Shown here in pieces: positions 1 to 10,983 of a stretch of 47,487 nt of DNA. The notes beneath the pieces are model-generated. The model was given only the letters and a program-made list of their open reading frames with translations, searched no databases and was not told the origin of the DNA. The stretch is taken from the NCBI GenBank assembly GCA_000934665.2, contig JYFJ02003007.1:1-47487 (forward strand), written 5' to 3'. A program made the position numbers and the translations under genes. The first letter of the stretch is position 1; each line of letters starts with the position of its first letter. The stretch is from Catajapyx aquilonaris. Lineage: Eukaryota.

Positions 1-126
1 AAAGGGCAGGGAGCCAGCCCGCCGCATGCGAAATTTTTTGTGGGGGTTCAAAGAGATTTGAAGCACTTTTTCCCAAAAAATCATGAATTAGTAACTTATA
101 ATGCTATTTCAAACTGTCCTGTATAT

Positions 127-195
127 CGTCGCGGTCCGGACAAAATTGCGTCGCGGTCCGGATCCGGACCGCGGTCCCCCAGTTGAATAGCCCTG
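127..195. mobile_element. Right end of a hAT (Charlie-like) DNA transposon; left part lies outside the window or is not recognisable
   Basis: Ends ...AGTTGAATAGCCCTG (reverse complement CAGGGCTATTCAACT, typical hAT terminus). Preceded by the subterminal palindrome CGCGGTCCGGATCCGGACCGCG (152-173) and a repeated CGTCGCGGTCCGGA. The TSD cannot be verified. Confidence 0.65.
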
Positions 196-756
196 GGTTA
201 GGGCATATATTTAAACATCGTCATCGGGCATATATTTAAACTGGACGAGCTTCTTTAACTTGTAAGTGTCAGTTCCTTTCTGTCGTGCTCAACTGTCAGT
301 AAAAATCAGCAGAATAATAGTGAATTTGATTAAAATGCCTTGGGCCTTAAATACTGGACATGCATGAGAACTGCACGAAGGATATACGTACGCTGCCAGC
401 AGTTGCATGCATCAAACATTAACTGGAAGGGACTTTTTTGATATGGATACCCAATTATGAGTCTATCACAACAAGGTAGGGCTGAACAGATAGCCCCCGA
501 GCAGTGGTGTTCTATAGGGCTGTTTTGCATGTCCTTCAAACAACTGTACCGCCAAATGCATTTAATTTTAGCACGTTTACTGCCTTGATATTGTAATATG
601 GTAAATATGATAATGATTGTAATTATTATTTTTAAAATGTGGGGCGAGCAGTATATTTAAACGCAACATATCTGCACATTTGTGTTGTGTTTCACTCCAC
701 AATACTGAAAGGGTACTGTTTCTGACACAACTCTTCGTATGTTTCCCTTAGGAGTA

Positions 757-898
757 CTATCGGGTTCAAATACTTTTGGCCACTTTATCCTGGTCTTGAA
801 GCAACCCTTCGCACAGACCCCACGTTAAGGAGGTGAGTGTGTGTGACGGGTTCTTTCAAGACCAGGATAAAGTGGCCAAAAGTATTTGAACCCGATAG
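757..898. mobile_element. Palindromic MITE, probably Tc1/mariner-type (TA TSD)
   Basis: Perfect 47-bp inverted repeat (754-800 vs 855-901), with imperfect pairing continuing inward. TA flanks at 755-756 and 899-900. Confidence 0.8.
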
Positions 899-2298
899 TA
901 CCTTCTGATCACCCTGAACACGTGAGTAAGAAATAGTTATGGGCGATTTCCTTGCTTATAATTTTATGTCCCGATAAGTGTGCAATTATAATTTCATTCT
1001 GTGATTACCGGTAAAAAGTTTGATCCTCCCCCCCCCCCCCAAAAAAAAGGGAGTCTGAAACAACGTGCTTATTATGCATGGTGATACACGTGAATCCCTT
1101 CGCCCTCGCCCAATATCGGAAAACCAATGACGTTGAAGCCAGTTATTGCAACTTATAGATTCGCCTCCGAAAATCCGGAAGCGCAAGAGAGATCCCACCA
1201 TAGTAAAAAAAAAAGAAGTGGAAAAAAATCATGTTGGTGGCGTTTGCCTGAGTTTTAATATGGCTGCTGTACCTAAGGACTGTCGGATAAGGAATTCCAG
1301 GAAAGCCGTCTGAAAGGGAAATGCCTTTCACAGCTGAGTCCTTTCAATTCCGTACGGTGCAAGGGAAGATTTGAGAAAATGCACTCATCCTTGCCTCCCT
1401 GGACTCAACCGCGGTTCTAAGGCATGCGTATTGTGAGTCAAGTCGGAAAATTTTCAACCTCCCCTCCCTTCCCACCTCCCACCAAACCACCCCCTACCTC
1501 TCTGAATTCGGCTTTCCTTTTCCCTTTGTTCTGGGCGGGGTTTCGGGCCTGCCGCATAGCTGCCATCGGATAGATACTCATATTTCAAGTCCCGTCCCTG
1601 CTGCTAAATCCGCCCGTCTCGTTAGGCAAATTAAACGTTTACATGCCAAAGAGCTGACGCCAGCAGGTGCACGTGTGCCGTTCGTGAAAGGAGGGGGGTG
1701 GGGGTGGGGGATTTGTTTGGGATGCACTGGGAATATCTGCCGGCAGGAGACGCTAGATTACCAAATCCTACCCATCCGGGAAACCCACCAAGCGACGGCC
1801 ATCTTGACTCACTCCACTCTCCTCAAGGACTAAATGCCGGATCAGTTTGCAAATGAACCGGATAGAATGTGCGGTTACGGTTCTTGCGATAGGTTCGTTG
1901 TGTCTGGGGTAGGGAAAAAGTGGGGAGGGACCTGGTAGTGAACTGTAGAGGGGCAGGTCAAGTTTAGCCTGCGTAATATGAACTACGTACATTTGGAAAA
2001 TGTTTCCAAGAGCGCTGTGGGGAATGTGCAATGGAAGTGACGGACAGACCCGCACTTTGAAAATAGTTTTTACAGGCTGTTTTCCACGAGACCTAAAGAA
2101 GGCAGGCATATGGGACGTTAATGGTACTATAGTGCATAATATTTAGACCAACCAGGATAAATGAGGAGTTGAGCTAAAATCTGTGTTATTTGCTACGCTA
2201 AATGTAAATGGTGGTGCTGCATCCAGCTCCATCAATTAAACTGCTGGTTGCTGACATCCCTGCAGTAGTAGGTTTTTGATTCCGGTAGTTATACAACA

Positions 2299-2400
2299 GT
2301 AATTTGCGATAGAGGGATACAAAAGAGGCTCCCGGTAGTGTTTCAGACATGTGAAACACAGCGGAAGTCAGAGCTTTTGTATCCCTGCATCGTAAATAAC
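2299..2400. repeat. Degenerate fold-back (old MITE-like palindrome)
   Basis: GTAATTTGCGATAGAGGGATACAAAAG pairs imperfectly with CTTTTGTATCCCTGCATCGTAAATAAC. Inner GTGTTTCA/TGAAACAC stem. Confidence 0.6.
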
Positions 2401-3974
2401 AAAAGATTCAGTACAATATACCAAAGCTAGAACTGGTGCGGCTTTAAAATTTTCATCCCCTAAACCGTCATAACAACTTTATTTAATACCTTTTCCTCAA
2501 TTATTGTTTTGAACACAAGGTACTGCAGTATGTTACAATAATTTATTGCTCAAATACAATGACTTAAGATGGACACATCGATATCAAGAGTAGGCCTAAA
2601 TCAAATGATGTCCTGGAAGTGCTCAGATAAATATTATCATGGACAGTTCTTGTTCTTTCACATACATTGTTTAACTTATTGTGAATGACACGACTTGCTG
2701 GATTTGCCTAAACGTGTGGCGAATGAGGCATGTGCCGCAGGTAGTGGTTCTGATAAAGCTACATAAAAAACCGAATACTCCTAATGATCTGCACATATTA
2801 CGCATGTTCTATTATTTAGATCGCATCTGTATCGCCTTCTAAAATTATTTAGGTGCCGCACATTGAAGGACATCCTCCGAAACGACATGGTAATGCAAGA
2901 GGTGAAAGCAGCCTTATCAGGGGATTTCCGTACAAGACTCCCAGCCGTCCATAAAGAGAATCCTGGGCGGGTGGAAGTAACACTTGCACCAAATCACCCT
3001 TCATGTGGAGGCAAGGAAAAAAGCTGTCAATATGACGATGCATTTGAAGGGTAACCAATACATTGACGAAATAAATTTGGGATGTTCTATTGAAATTCGT
3101 GAAAAGAAGCAAAGAAGTTGACAGAGGAGAAAATTTAAACGAATATCGACACAACATTACACTTAGGGAAAACTTCTTTTGAATAATGTAGGATACCCTA
3201 GCATACCACATCCAAATGGAAAAAAAAACTATGATTGGTTTTGAGAAACTTCTCCAAATAACAAAGTGTTCATATAATCAATATCAAACTATTAGAACAA
3301 TTTGCAGAAACAGAAGAAACTTATTTGTAACTGGAAAGGAATACGATTTTGTCAGCTAGCTATTAACTGAGTTAATGAATTTCCCGAACCAATCGGGTAT
3401 GCCTGCATGGCAAGTAATATGTATGAGAGCGACGGACGGGCGTCCTGATTTGGAGTTGTCTTATAATGAACTTTTATGTTTTGCTTGATTCTTGATATAC
3501 AATAATTATAGCTGTGCCCTATCGCACGCATTATCCTGTTGACAATGTTTGGTTTCCCTTCCAGACAAATCTTGCTGTCTTTTGATAATATTTCAAAAAT
3601 AGGCACACGTTCCCTTTATCAGCACCTTCACTTATACTTTACTCTTATACTATACTTTACTCTTAGAGAGATAATCATCTCCAACAATTATGTGCCAATT
3701 GACACTATACGCTAATAATTCAATTAACTACTGACTGCAACACACCCTTGTTTAGACCTCAGGTAATCTTGCACATATGAAACATTTCCGAAATCATTAC
3801 TACAGTGAACACACAGCATCTTCAGATCCTCTCTAATTTAGTAAGTCAAGTGCATGTATAAGTAAAATGCTGACTGTCAAGCTTTTGGTGAGTTCCCCAG
3901 GGTGGTTAGTTTAACGGAAATCCCACCAGAGATAATTGGAGATACCTCAACTCCGTGCGAATGAGATATTGAAT

Positions 3975-4042
3975 CCCAGGCATGGGTTCGAACTCTGGAC
4001 CTTTCTCTGTGCGAGAGTAAGGCTTACTACTGCGTCAATTCC
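3975..4042 (-). mobile_element. Decayed tRNA-derived SINE head
   Basis: Minus strand reads TGACGCAGTAGTAAG...AAGGTCCAGAGTTCGAACCC: degenerate A box and a B box at tRNA-like spacing. Confidence 0.45.
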
Positions 4043-6942
4043 TATTCACACTTAATTTCCTACCAATCAATTTGATAAAAGAGAATTTTGTAGTGTTTTG
4101 TAATGTTAATAAACATTTTTGTTCTCCCGTGAGTTGCATTACAACACATTGTACGACAAGGAATTATCCAAACTCAAAGCAGATACCACGTAGCATTAAC
4201 CGCAGACAGTAAGCCACTTAACTAGGGCTTTACTCTCTCTCTAATCATCCCCATAGAATCCTACGAGACTCAGGTCCCTCATGAGAGCAAAGCACCAACC
4301 ACTGAGCGAAAATCGTTTGACTCACCAACTTCATAAAAATCTAATTGAATAGGCTAATCGAACAAGAGCTCAAGTCCAGCATGAAAAAAATAGGTTCATG
4401 GGCCCTTATTCCACTGGACTCTTCAATTCCGACAAAGTTGGAAGAGGGAAGTTGGAAAAGGGGGTGGTAGGGAGTTAGGGCCCAAAAATCAGCTGGGATC
4501 CGAGTTGAACAGCAATATTTCTCCTCTGGCCATTCAGGCCACTCGCTCAATCCTCCTCATCCGCTTACTCTAGAGTCTAGACAAAAGCGGCCATAAAAAT
4601 TTCCTGTCAGGTGCCTTCACCATCTAGCTTTACAGCCAACTCTTTTATCCTTAATTGCACCGAACTGTAATTCATTAGAACTGAAAACAGAAAGAAACAA
4701 AAAAAAACAACTCAGCCTCAATCTGATACAACTTATCACAGCACTAGCTCTTCTTCCATTGAGCACATGGGAAAAAGGCTCAAAAATAGCAGTCAAACCA
4801 ATCCCTGCAATTTTGTGAAACGTTAGCTGTACGACTAATTATCATGCCGCTTTTGCCTTTGTAAAGATGAGGGGAGAGAACCCTGCTCCTGAAGTGAAAT
4901 CAATCAAAACGATCCCCTGAGAGTGAAATAACTACCGTGCGGTTGCGGTTACTACATCTCATTAACAAGATCAAAGGCTTTTAGCCTAACTGCAGTGGCG
5001 GCAGAACACGCATGAATATATGGGGGAATTCACAATGAGCAGCCAGGCCAACATTTCATCTTTCTACTTCAAACGGGGCATTCGAATTGCCATTCTGTGG
5101 ACGCTTCCAGCCGACCCCCCGCCCACCCATGCCAACCACTCCTCAGGCCCTTAACATCCCTCAAGTTGTTTGTTGACCCTGTTTTGCTGCTTCACCTATA
5201 TCGCACATCTAAAAGTATCTTTATTTCTCTGATTTGCTGTACTTTGTTGTATAACTTCAATTTGTTTTCTGCGAAGGAAATATGATGAATCCTTCTTCTC
5301 TCAGCATTCAGTCTTTTTAGCAGAGAGGGTGATCGATATAGACTATGGCCTTCGGGAATTCTGCTGCGAATCCGACTCCCAGATACTGTAGGTACTCCTG
5401 CACACCACAACTCCAACAGTCCCGTCTCTATTTTCCAACCATACTTGACCATATACCAAAGACAACCGTACTGAACGTTCAGGTTAAGACACACTAAATA
5501 TATATCACAATTCCTGAAAGAATGTGTCAGCTACCCCAACTGGGAACCACTCCACAAGAACTGTACGTGCATCGCAGTGAGTTCTGGTAAGGAACAGGAA
5601 GAGGACGGCTAAGGGAGTGGTTTTGGTGGTATAATGGCCCCTTCTGCAATGAGCCCAAGATAAAGCACTGTAGGCCTACTGTATACCTATGTGAAATGGG
5701 GAGTTATTTCTGGGTCTGCCAGTTTGCACCTTTCCGGCACACCACATAAAACGCAATGCTTACTCTCCGGTAGTCTCGCAGCCAATAAAGTGCCACATCC
5801 AAATGGGGATTATGTACGAGGAAACGACAAGTTGCACGCCCATCACTGCTGCTGACGCATTGCTCCAGACACGTAGCTTGAACAGTATATTTGGTCATTG
5901 AATAAGTGATCTTCAATGCACATTCTAGGTCACCAGGTACCGCGTAGAAACTCCTAATAATGGTATGCGGTTTTGGAGTCTCCTCTGGCGCCATCTTTGA
6001 AAGGTCTTCGGATTGTTCCACAGTGAATGAATGGCGTACCAAGGAAGACGCAGAGACGCAAGGCGTCGTCATGATAATTAATGGCACTTGCAGACGAAAC
6101 GTAGGGAAGTCAAGGAAGAATGGGTGGCAGAATGGATGGGACTCCCTTCTGACAGCCCCACCTTCCTTATGCTAGCTACAAACTTCTCCTAGACCGACTA
6201 GCTAAGGAGCAATCAGAGACCTGGCCCATTGCTGAGCGTGCACCGAAATTTATTACTCCCCATATCAGAGTTTCCGTGACAGCCAGGCTTTACGCTTATA
6301 CAAAAGCTCCCGGATTCGGTATACAGACTGATCGTCGTCTTTCTCATTGCCTTTGCCCTTCTCCTTCACTGCAAAGTCATTTGCTTCATTGCTTTTTCTT
6401 CCACCCTGGCTTCGTTTCCTTACGTCCTTCCCGACCTTGCTCGATAATGCATTTGTCCCGATGCTAACAGGAAACCAACAGACGAGACAACTCTAAGTAA
6501 CTTGTTGCTTCTAGTCGGAAAGTGCATACCAGACACGGCCTATCGTTTGCATCCAGGTGCCACCTTGCTTTCACATTTGGGGTGTTGGAGGTAGCGGTTT
6601 TCGATATAGGAGGGCAAAATATTTTCATGCAAAAAAAAAGCGATAATGATATGACCCGTCTAAATCAGCTGCACGGTACATTATATAAACTCCAGCGGTT
6701 GATGCATCAGCGTGTGCATTTTTAGTGCAGCTGTGCTTTTCTAGCGCAAAAATAGACAGTTTTCAAGGCACACGTTTCACTGCATTGAGTCAATGGAGAT
6801 CGGTTCAAAAAATATTTGTTTCACGAGATCATCAGATTGGAGCCAACTTCCTGTGTTTTCGCTTTATTGTGGGGAATCTGACAATCATGTATAATCACAT
6901 AATTGCAGGGATCAAAATTCTCCACTGATTTGGTGTAAATGG

Positions 6943-7207
6943 GGAAAGAGTAACCCTTACTGGCGTGCGGGAGGCGTCAGGGTGAGTGGTGGCTTGGGGG
7001 CAGCTTGGCTATGTCGCAAAGGCAAGGATGCAAAGATTGATTTTTGGATTTTGGAAGGGGTATGCTGTACCAACCTAACCTAACCAAGTCTAACCTACCG
7101 TCCTTCCTTGCGGATTCAGACCTATTTTTGCGACACAGCCCGCTACCCCCACCGACTACTACCCTCCCGCCTCCCGCACGCCAGCGCCAGTAAGGTCAAC
7201 TCTATCC
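6943..7207. mobile_element. Non-autonomous fold-back DNA transposon with long imperfect TIRs and 8-bp TSD (MULE- or Merlin-like)
   Basis: TSD GTAAATGG at 6935-6942 and 7208-7215. Termini GGAAAGAGT...ACTCTATCC. About 75-80 bp imperfect TIRs (e.g. CCTTACTGGCGTGCGGGAGGCG). Central CCTAA repeats at about 7072-7097. Confidence 0.75.
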
Positions 7208-7239
7208 GTAAATGGTTCTGTATTTCGAATGCGCTAGTG

Positions 7240-7619
7240 CAGTGGTTTTCAAACTGGGGTACGCGAACACAATTTTGGGGGTACGCGAAAGCTATCGTGC
7301 AATGGCGTCCAGTCTCTACATTTGTGGGAACCATAATAATTCTAATTCAACCAGAAGGAACCAACTTCTGAGTAAAACACAAAAAATGGTCCTACTTATT
7401 CCGATCTTTCTTTTTGCTATTATAGCAATATATATATTGAATCCGGATATAACAGACTTCAAGGGACAGAGGAAATCAGTCTGTTATAACCGAAAGTCTG
7501 TTACAGTCGAGACTGTTATATCCGAATTCAACATAGCCTAACAGGTCGGAGTTGGGGGGGGGGGTCTTGCCAGATTTGAAAAGGGGTACGCGACAAAAAA
7601 AAAAGTTTGGGAACCTCTG
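7240..7619. mobile_element. Non-autonomous hAT element (MITE)
   Basis: Termini CAGTGGTTTTCAAACT / AGTTTGGGAACCTCTG. Perfect 8-bp TSD CGCTAGTG at 7232-7239 and 7620-7627. Subterminal GGGGTACGCGA repeats at both ends. Confidence 0.9.
7433..7535. mobile_element. pogo/Tigger-like mini-MITE nested inside the hAT element
   Basis: TTGAATCCGGATATAACAG and CTGTTATATCCGAATTCAA form an 18/19 inverted repeat. Internal CTGTTA(TA) repeats. Sits at a TA run. Confidence 0.7.
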
Positions 7620-8647
7620 CGCTAGTGGAAACCACCTAACGCACAATACTATCGGACTGTATTGACTTTCAATTCAGCTTTGGTGCTAAACAGTAACACC
7701 CTAGAGGCCTAGAGTAATGCAGCTGATACAATAACTTTCTCGCTTCTATGAAGATTTTCTCAAGTGTGACACAAAGGGAAGTCACCAACCTATAAAGGTA
7801 ATAATAGGCTATGGTAAAAAAGTTATGAGAAAATGCAAAGTGACTTGTGGTATACATACAGTATATCAGATCCACCACATGGGCATATAAACCCGCTATT
7901 ATCTGCCTACAGGAGTTTGGTTAGTTATTAAATTCATGCGTCTAAAAATACCACATTATCCTCTTATGGCCCGTTTCTGTCGGCGTACACATTTCCATTT
8001 CTCCTTAAGAAATGAAACCTGTCTGAAATTATCCGCCTTCCCCGTAGTTCTCGAGATATAAGACGTTGTAAACCTCTGTGGAGAATAAATCTATGTAGTA
8101 TAAGGTGCATATCAAAGCTGGTTGCTCACGAAACTGTCAGCATACAGTAAAGCTCTGCAGATAAAAGTAATTTGAGGGCTGGCAGTTGGTTAACGAAAGT
8201 AGAGATGACCTACCTTACTTTGTATACTGAAGAAAAATAACGCATAACGCAGGTAAACGCTACATATGAATATATTCTCATATTACTATGCATTCTCAAC
8301 CTATCTATAGAGCCTTTTGAAAAGGCATAGTTTTGTGCCATTAGGTCTAATTTCAAAGTGGAAGAGCAATAGCAAGTGTATAATTCAAACAATGCGAGTT
8401 GCAGTCATAGCCAGCAGAGCAGTGACATTGCAGTATACCGTAATTTAAAGTGGCAGATGTATTAAGTCATTCAGTAATGCTAATGGCCCTGCATTACTTG
8501 GACAGCGGATTATGCATTGCATTGTTGCCTCGTTTCAGCTTGTGTTAGATGGCTGATTGCTCTATCATTGTAGATGAAAATAGCTGTCTAGTTTTGAAAG
8601 TGAATTTCCAGCTTGACCCTTCAGGTCCTCATATTTGAAATGAAAAA

Positions 8648-8790
8648 GGGCGACACGGTGGCGTAGTGGTTAGCGCCTCAGCTTTCCACCTGATGTCCCG
8701 AGTTCGATTCCCAGATCGGACAGAGGATACTTATGTACTTAGATAGAGTTTCGATGGGTTCTCTCCGTGTTCGAGTGGGTATCCTTTACG
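8648..8790 (+). mobile_element. Decayed tRNA-derived SINE with a V-domain-like segment
   Basis: A box TGGCGTAGTGG and B box GAGTTCGATTCCC, followed by GAGTTTCGATGGGTTCTCTCCGTGTTCGAGTGGGTATCCT. This resembles the V-SINE conserved domain as I recall it (not searched). Confidence 0.6.
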
Positions 8791-9124
8791 TATACTGTTT
8801 ATAGCCTACACATTTGTTTATACAGTGTACAGTACATGATTTGTAAAATAATATTACCTCCTTGATGCGTATAAAACGCACGAATCTTTTAATATACCGC
8901 GTGTATCAGAATTAAGCTCACATCCGCAATGATGGACATTGGACATGTCGTGTAGGCTCGTAAATGCAAGAGAATTGAAATGCGCGTGGTGTTCGGTTCC
9001 CCTTCCTGACTCTTAATTATTGCAGGTACACTACAGGTGGAGTACCAGCTTGACAGTCCATGAAACTTCTACCAATATGGACAATGGGCCTGAGAGGAAA
9101 TATATGCTACAAGGTAGACTATAA

Positions 9125-9187
<63 letters not shown>
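9125..9187. repeat. (AAT)21 microsatellite
   Basis: Perfect trinucleotide run read directly. Confidence 0.97.
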
Positions 9188-9188
<1 letters not shown>

Positions 9189-9520
9189 TCAGCTTACTTT
9201 TTGCATATCGGGTCATCATAACTTCTGAATCTAATGCTCTCCTAATTGGTTAAAATTTTTGTTGCACTGTTGTTTTACAAATAAGCAGGGCAAATGAGAT
9301 ATTCCAGTGATGTTCCAATCCTGGGGTATCTTCTTGGTGCTTATTGGACATATATCCCCAATAATTATATCAAAAAAGTGAAAATATAGCAGTTGGGATG
9401 TTCTAATGATGGTCAATTATTTCTTGTCGTTAGTGAGATGTGACCCTCGCAGAGATCACAAACACAAGTTATCCCAGGAATCATTTGATAGGATTGATTG
9501 TGTATGTAGCCAAGAAGTGA

Positions 9521-9775
9521 GGGGTGTGCGTGGTGGAAAAAAGTGATAACCCTCATTTGTGTCATTTTTGACCTAACACCTAGCAAAAAAATAAAAAAAC
9601 ATGACAAACAGTTTTCGTATACTCCAAGTTCACGTATCATGCACGAGACGGCAACACAGACAAGATCAAAACCAGCGTTCACTATGAATAATTGTGAAGA
9701 GAGTGCAAACTTCAGTTCGCTAGACTCCTGAAAAATTACACTTTTGGGGGTTATCACCTTTTCCCACCACACCCC
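9521..9775. mobile_element. Old non-autonomous TIR element, possibly Kolobok-like
   Basis: About 45-bp imperfect TIRs: GGGGTGTG..GTGGTGGAAAAAAGTGATAACCC..GTGTCATTTTT vs AAAAATTACAC..GGGTTATCACCTTTTCCCACCACACCCC. Flanks GTGA/TCAA could be decayed TTAA. The superfamily is a guess. Confidence 0.6.
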
Positions 9776-10542
9776 TCAAGTTTCCTTAGATATAGCTTTG
9801 ATTATCTATTTTAAAAATATTTATACCCCTAATATAGCCTACACCAGATAATTATGTTTTCTGTATTGTCTCAACACGTTTGGAATTTAGATTATTAATA
9901 TAGGTTAATTGCTTTATTTAATATTCAGTAATTTCTATTGCATCACGTAACATAAAATAAAACTATTCACCGTACGCCAGACGGTACAACTTTCACAAAT
10001 AAATCTTGATCTGTATACAGTATAACTGCAAAAGCACAATATTACTCTCAATAGGCCTACTAAACAACAATACTATACAGTGTAAAGTCTCAAATGCAAA
10101 ATACAGTATTATATCAAAGATTTTTTGCTGCTCAAGTTTCCTACCTCATGAAAATTCTAGGATGACATGAAAAACCAGAATATCTTGCTTCCAATGGCAG
10201 GAAGTCTTTTGAACAAATCGAATGAATGGGCCCTAACCACTACTGCATAATTAATTGCGGAGGACAGCCATTGTGAGTGAACAAGAAGCACTCTGTTGTC
10301 TCGTGTGACACAGTACGTCATCCGAATCTGCAGTTTCAACATCCCGATTCTCTGCATCAAGAAGAGAATGATTTATTGATCTTCTCAAAATGTAATTTAG
10401 GTTCTCTCTAATGATCTGCCCATTTCAGCATCCGTCACTAATATTATATGGGTTTTTTCCGGCACCGATACAGTAAAAGTGTGTATTAGATTACGTTCAT
10501 TTTTAGCTTTATAGAATTAAAAGTTATTACTGCTGTCCTACC

Positions 10543-10983
10543 TACCGAAGCAGGTTGGCATGTAGGATAAGGTGTCCGACTGCTAATCGGGAGGTCCTGG
10601 GTTCGAGTCCCGGGGCCGGCGATCCTGACCGTGGTTTCCCACGGTCCTCTCAGGAAAATTCCGGGGTCGCTTCCGTAAACAATAGGCCACAGCCGACCCA
10701 TTCCTTTCCTATTCTTGACCCCATCCATGGGGAGGTGCTGTGTCGGTGGGGAGTTTCTGACCCGCAGCTCGGGGGTTGTCTTGCAACCTGACCCCCTGGG
10801 GGGACTGCACACGACCCCCAACATAAAAACAACGCACTTGCACCAGTGTCCCCTCCTCACAAATCCCTATCCTGATCCTTGCACCGGAGAGAAGAACTCG
10901 AAAGAAAATTCGTCAGAAAAAAGTGGTATTCCACCCCCCTAAGGGAGCCAAAAGGCTCCAGCACGGGGTATCAAATAAATATA
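10543..10983 (+). mobile_element. Full-length tRNA-derived SINE, family A, copy 1
   Basis: tRNA-like head (anticodon-like arm CCGA-CTGCTAA-TCGG, B box GGTTCGAGTCC). Body homologous to 36486-36907 and 42088-42344. A-rich tail. Perfect 18-bp TSD TATTACTGCTGTCCTACC at 10525-10542 and 10984-11001. Confidence 0.92.

Noticed and set aside
1690..1720. G-quadruplex-like G runs (also about 11407-11441 and 19470-19493)
   Set aside because: Poly-G/C runs are common throughout the window, and nothing indicates function.
9026..9113. Possible plus-strand exon (TTGCAG...AAG/GTAGAC) with an open frame
   Set aside because: Short, weak donor, unrecognisable peptide and no supporting neighbouring exons.
9031..9219. 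Poly-Leu signal-peptide-like ORF
   Set aside because: The Leu run is simply the (AAT)n microsatellite.
10543..10625. tRNA-Ser(GCT) gene (also 36830-36907 and 42270-42344)
   Set aside because: No proper acceptor stem or variable arm, and it continues into a shared body and tail with TSDs. It is a SINE head.
10486..10942. Similar peptides in ORFs at 10.5, 36.6 and 42.3 kb suggesting a gene family
   Set aside because: The similarity comes from non-coding SINE copies. The frames are not preserved.
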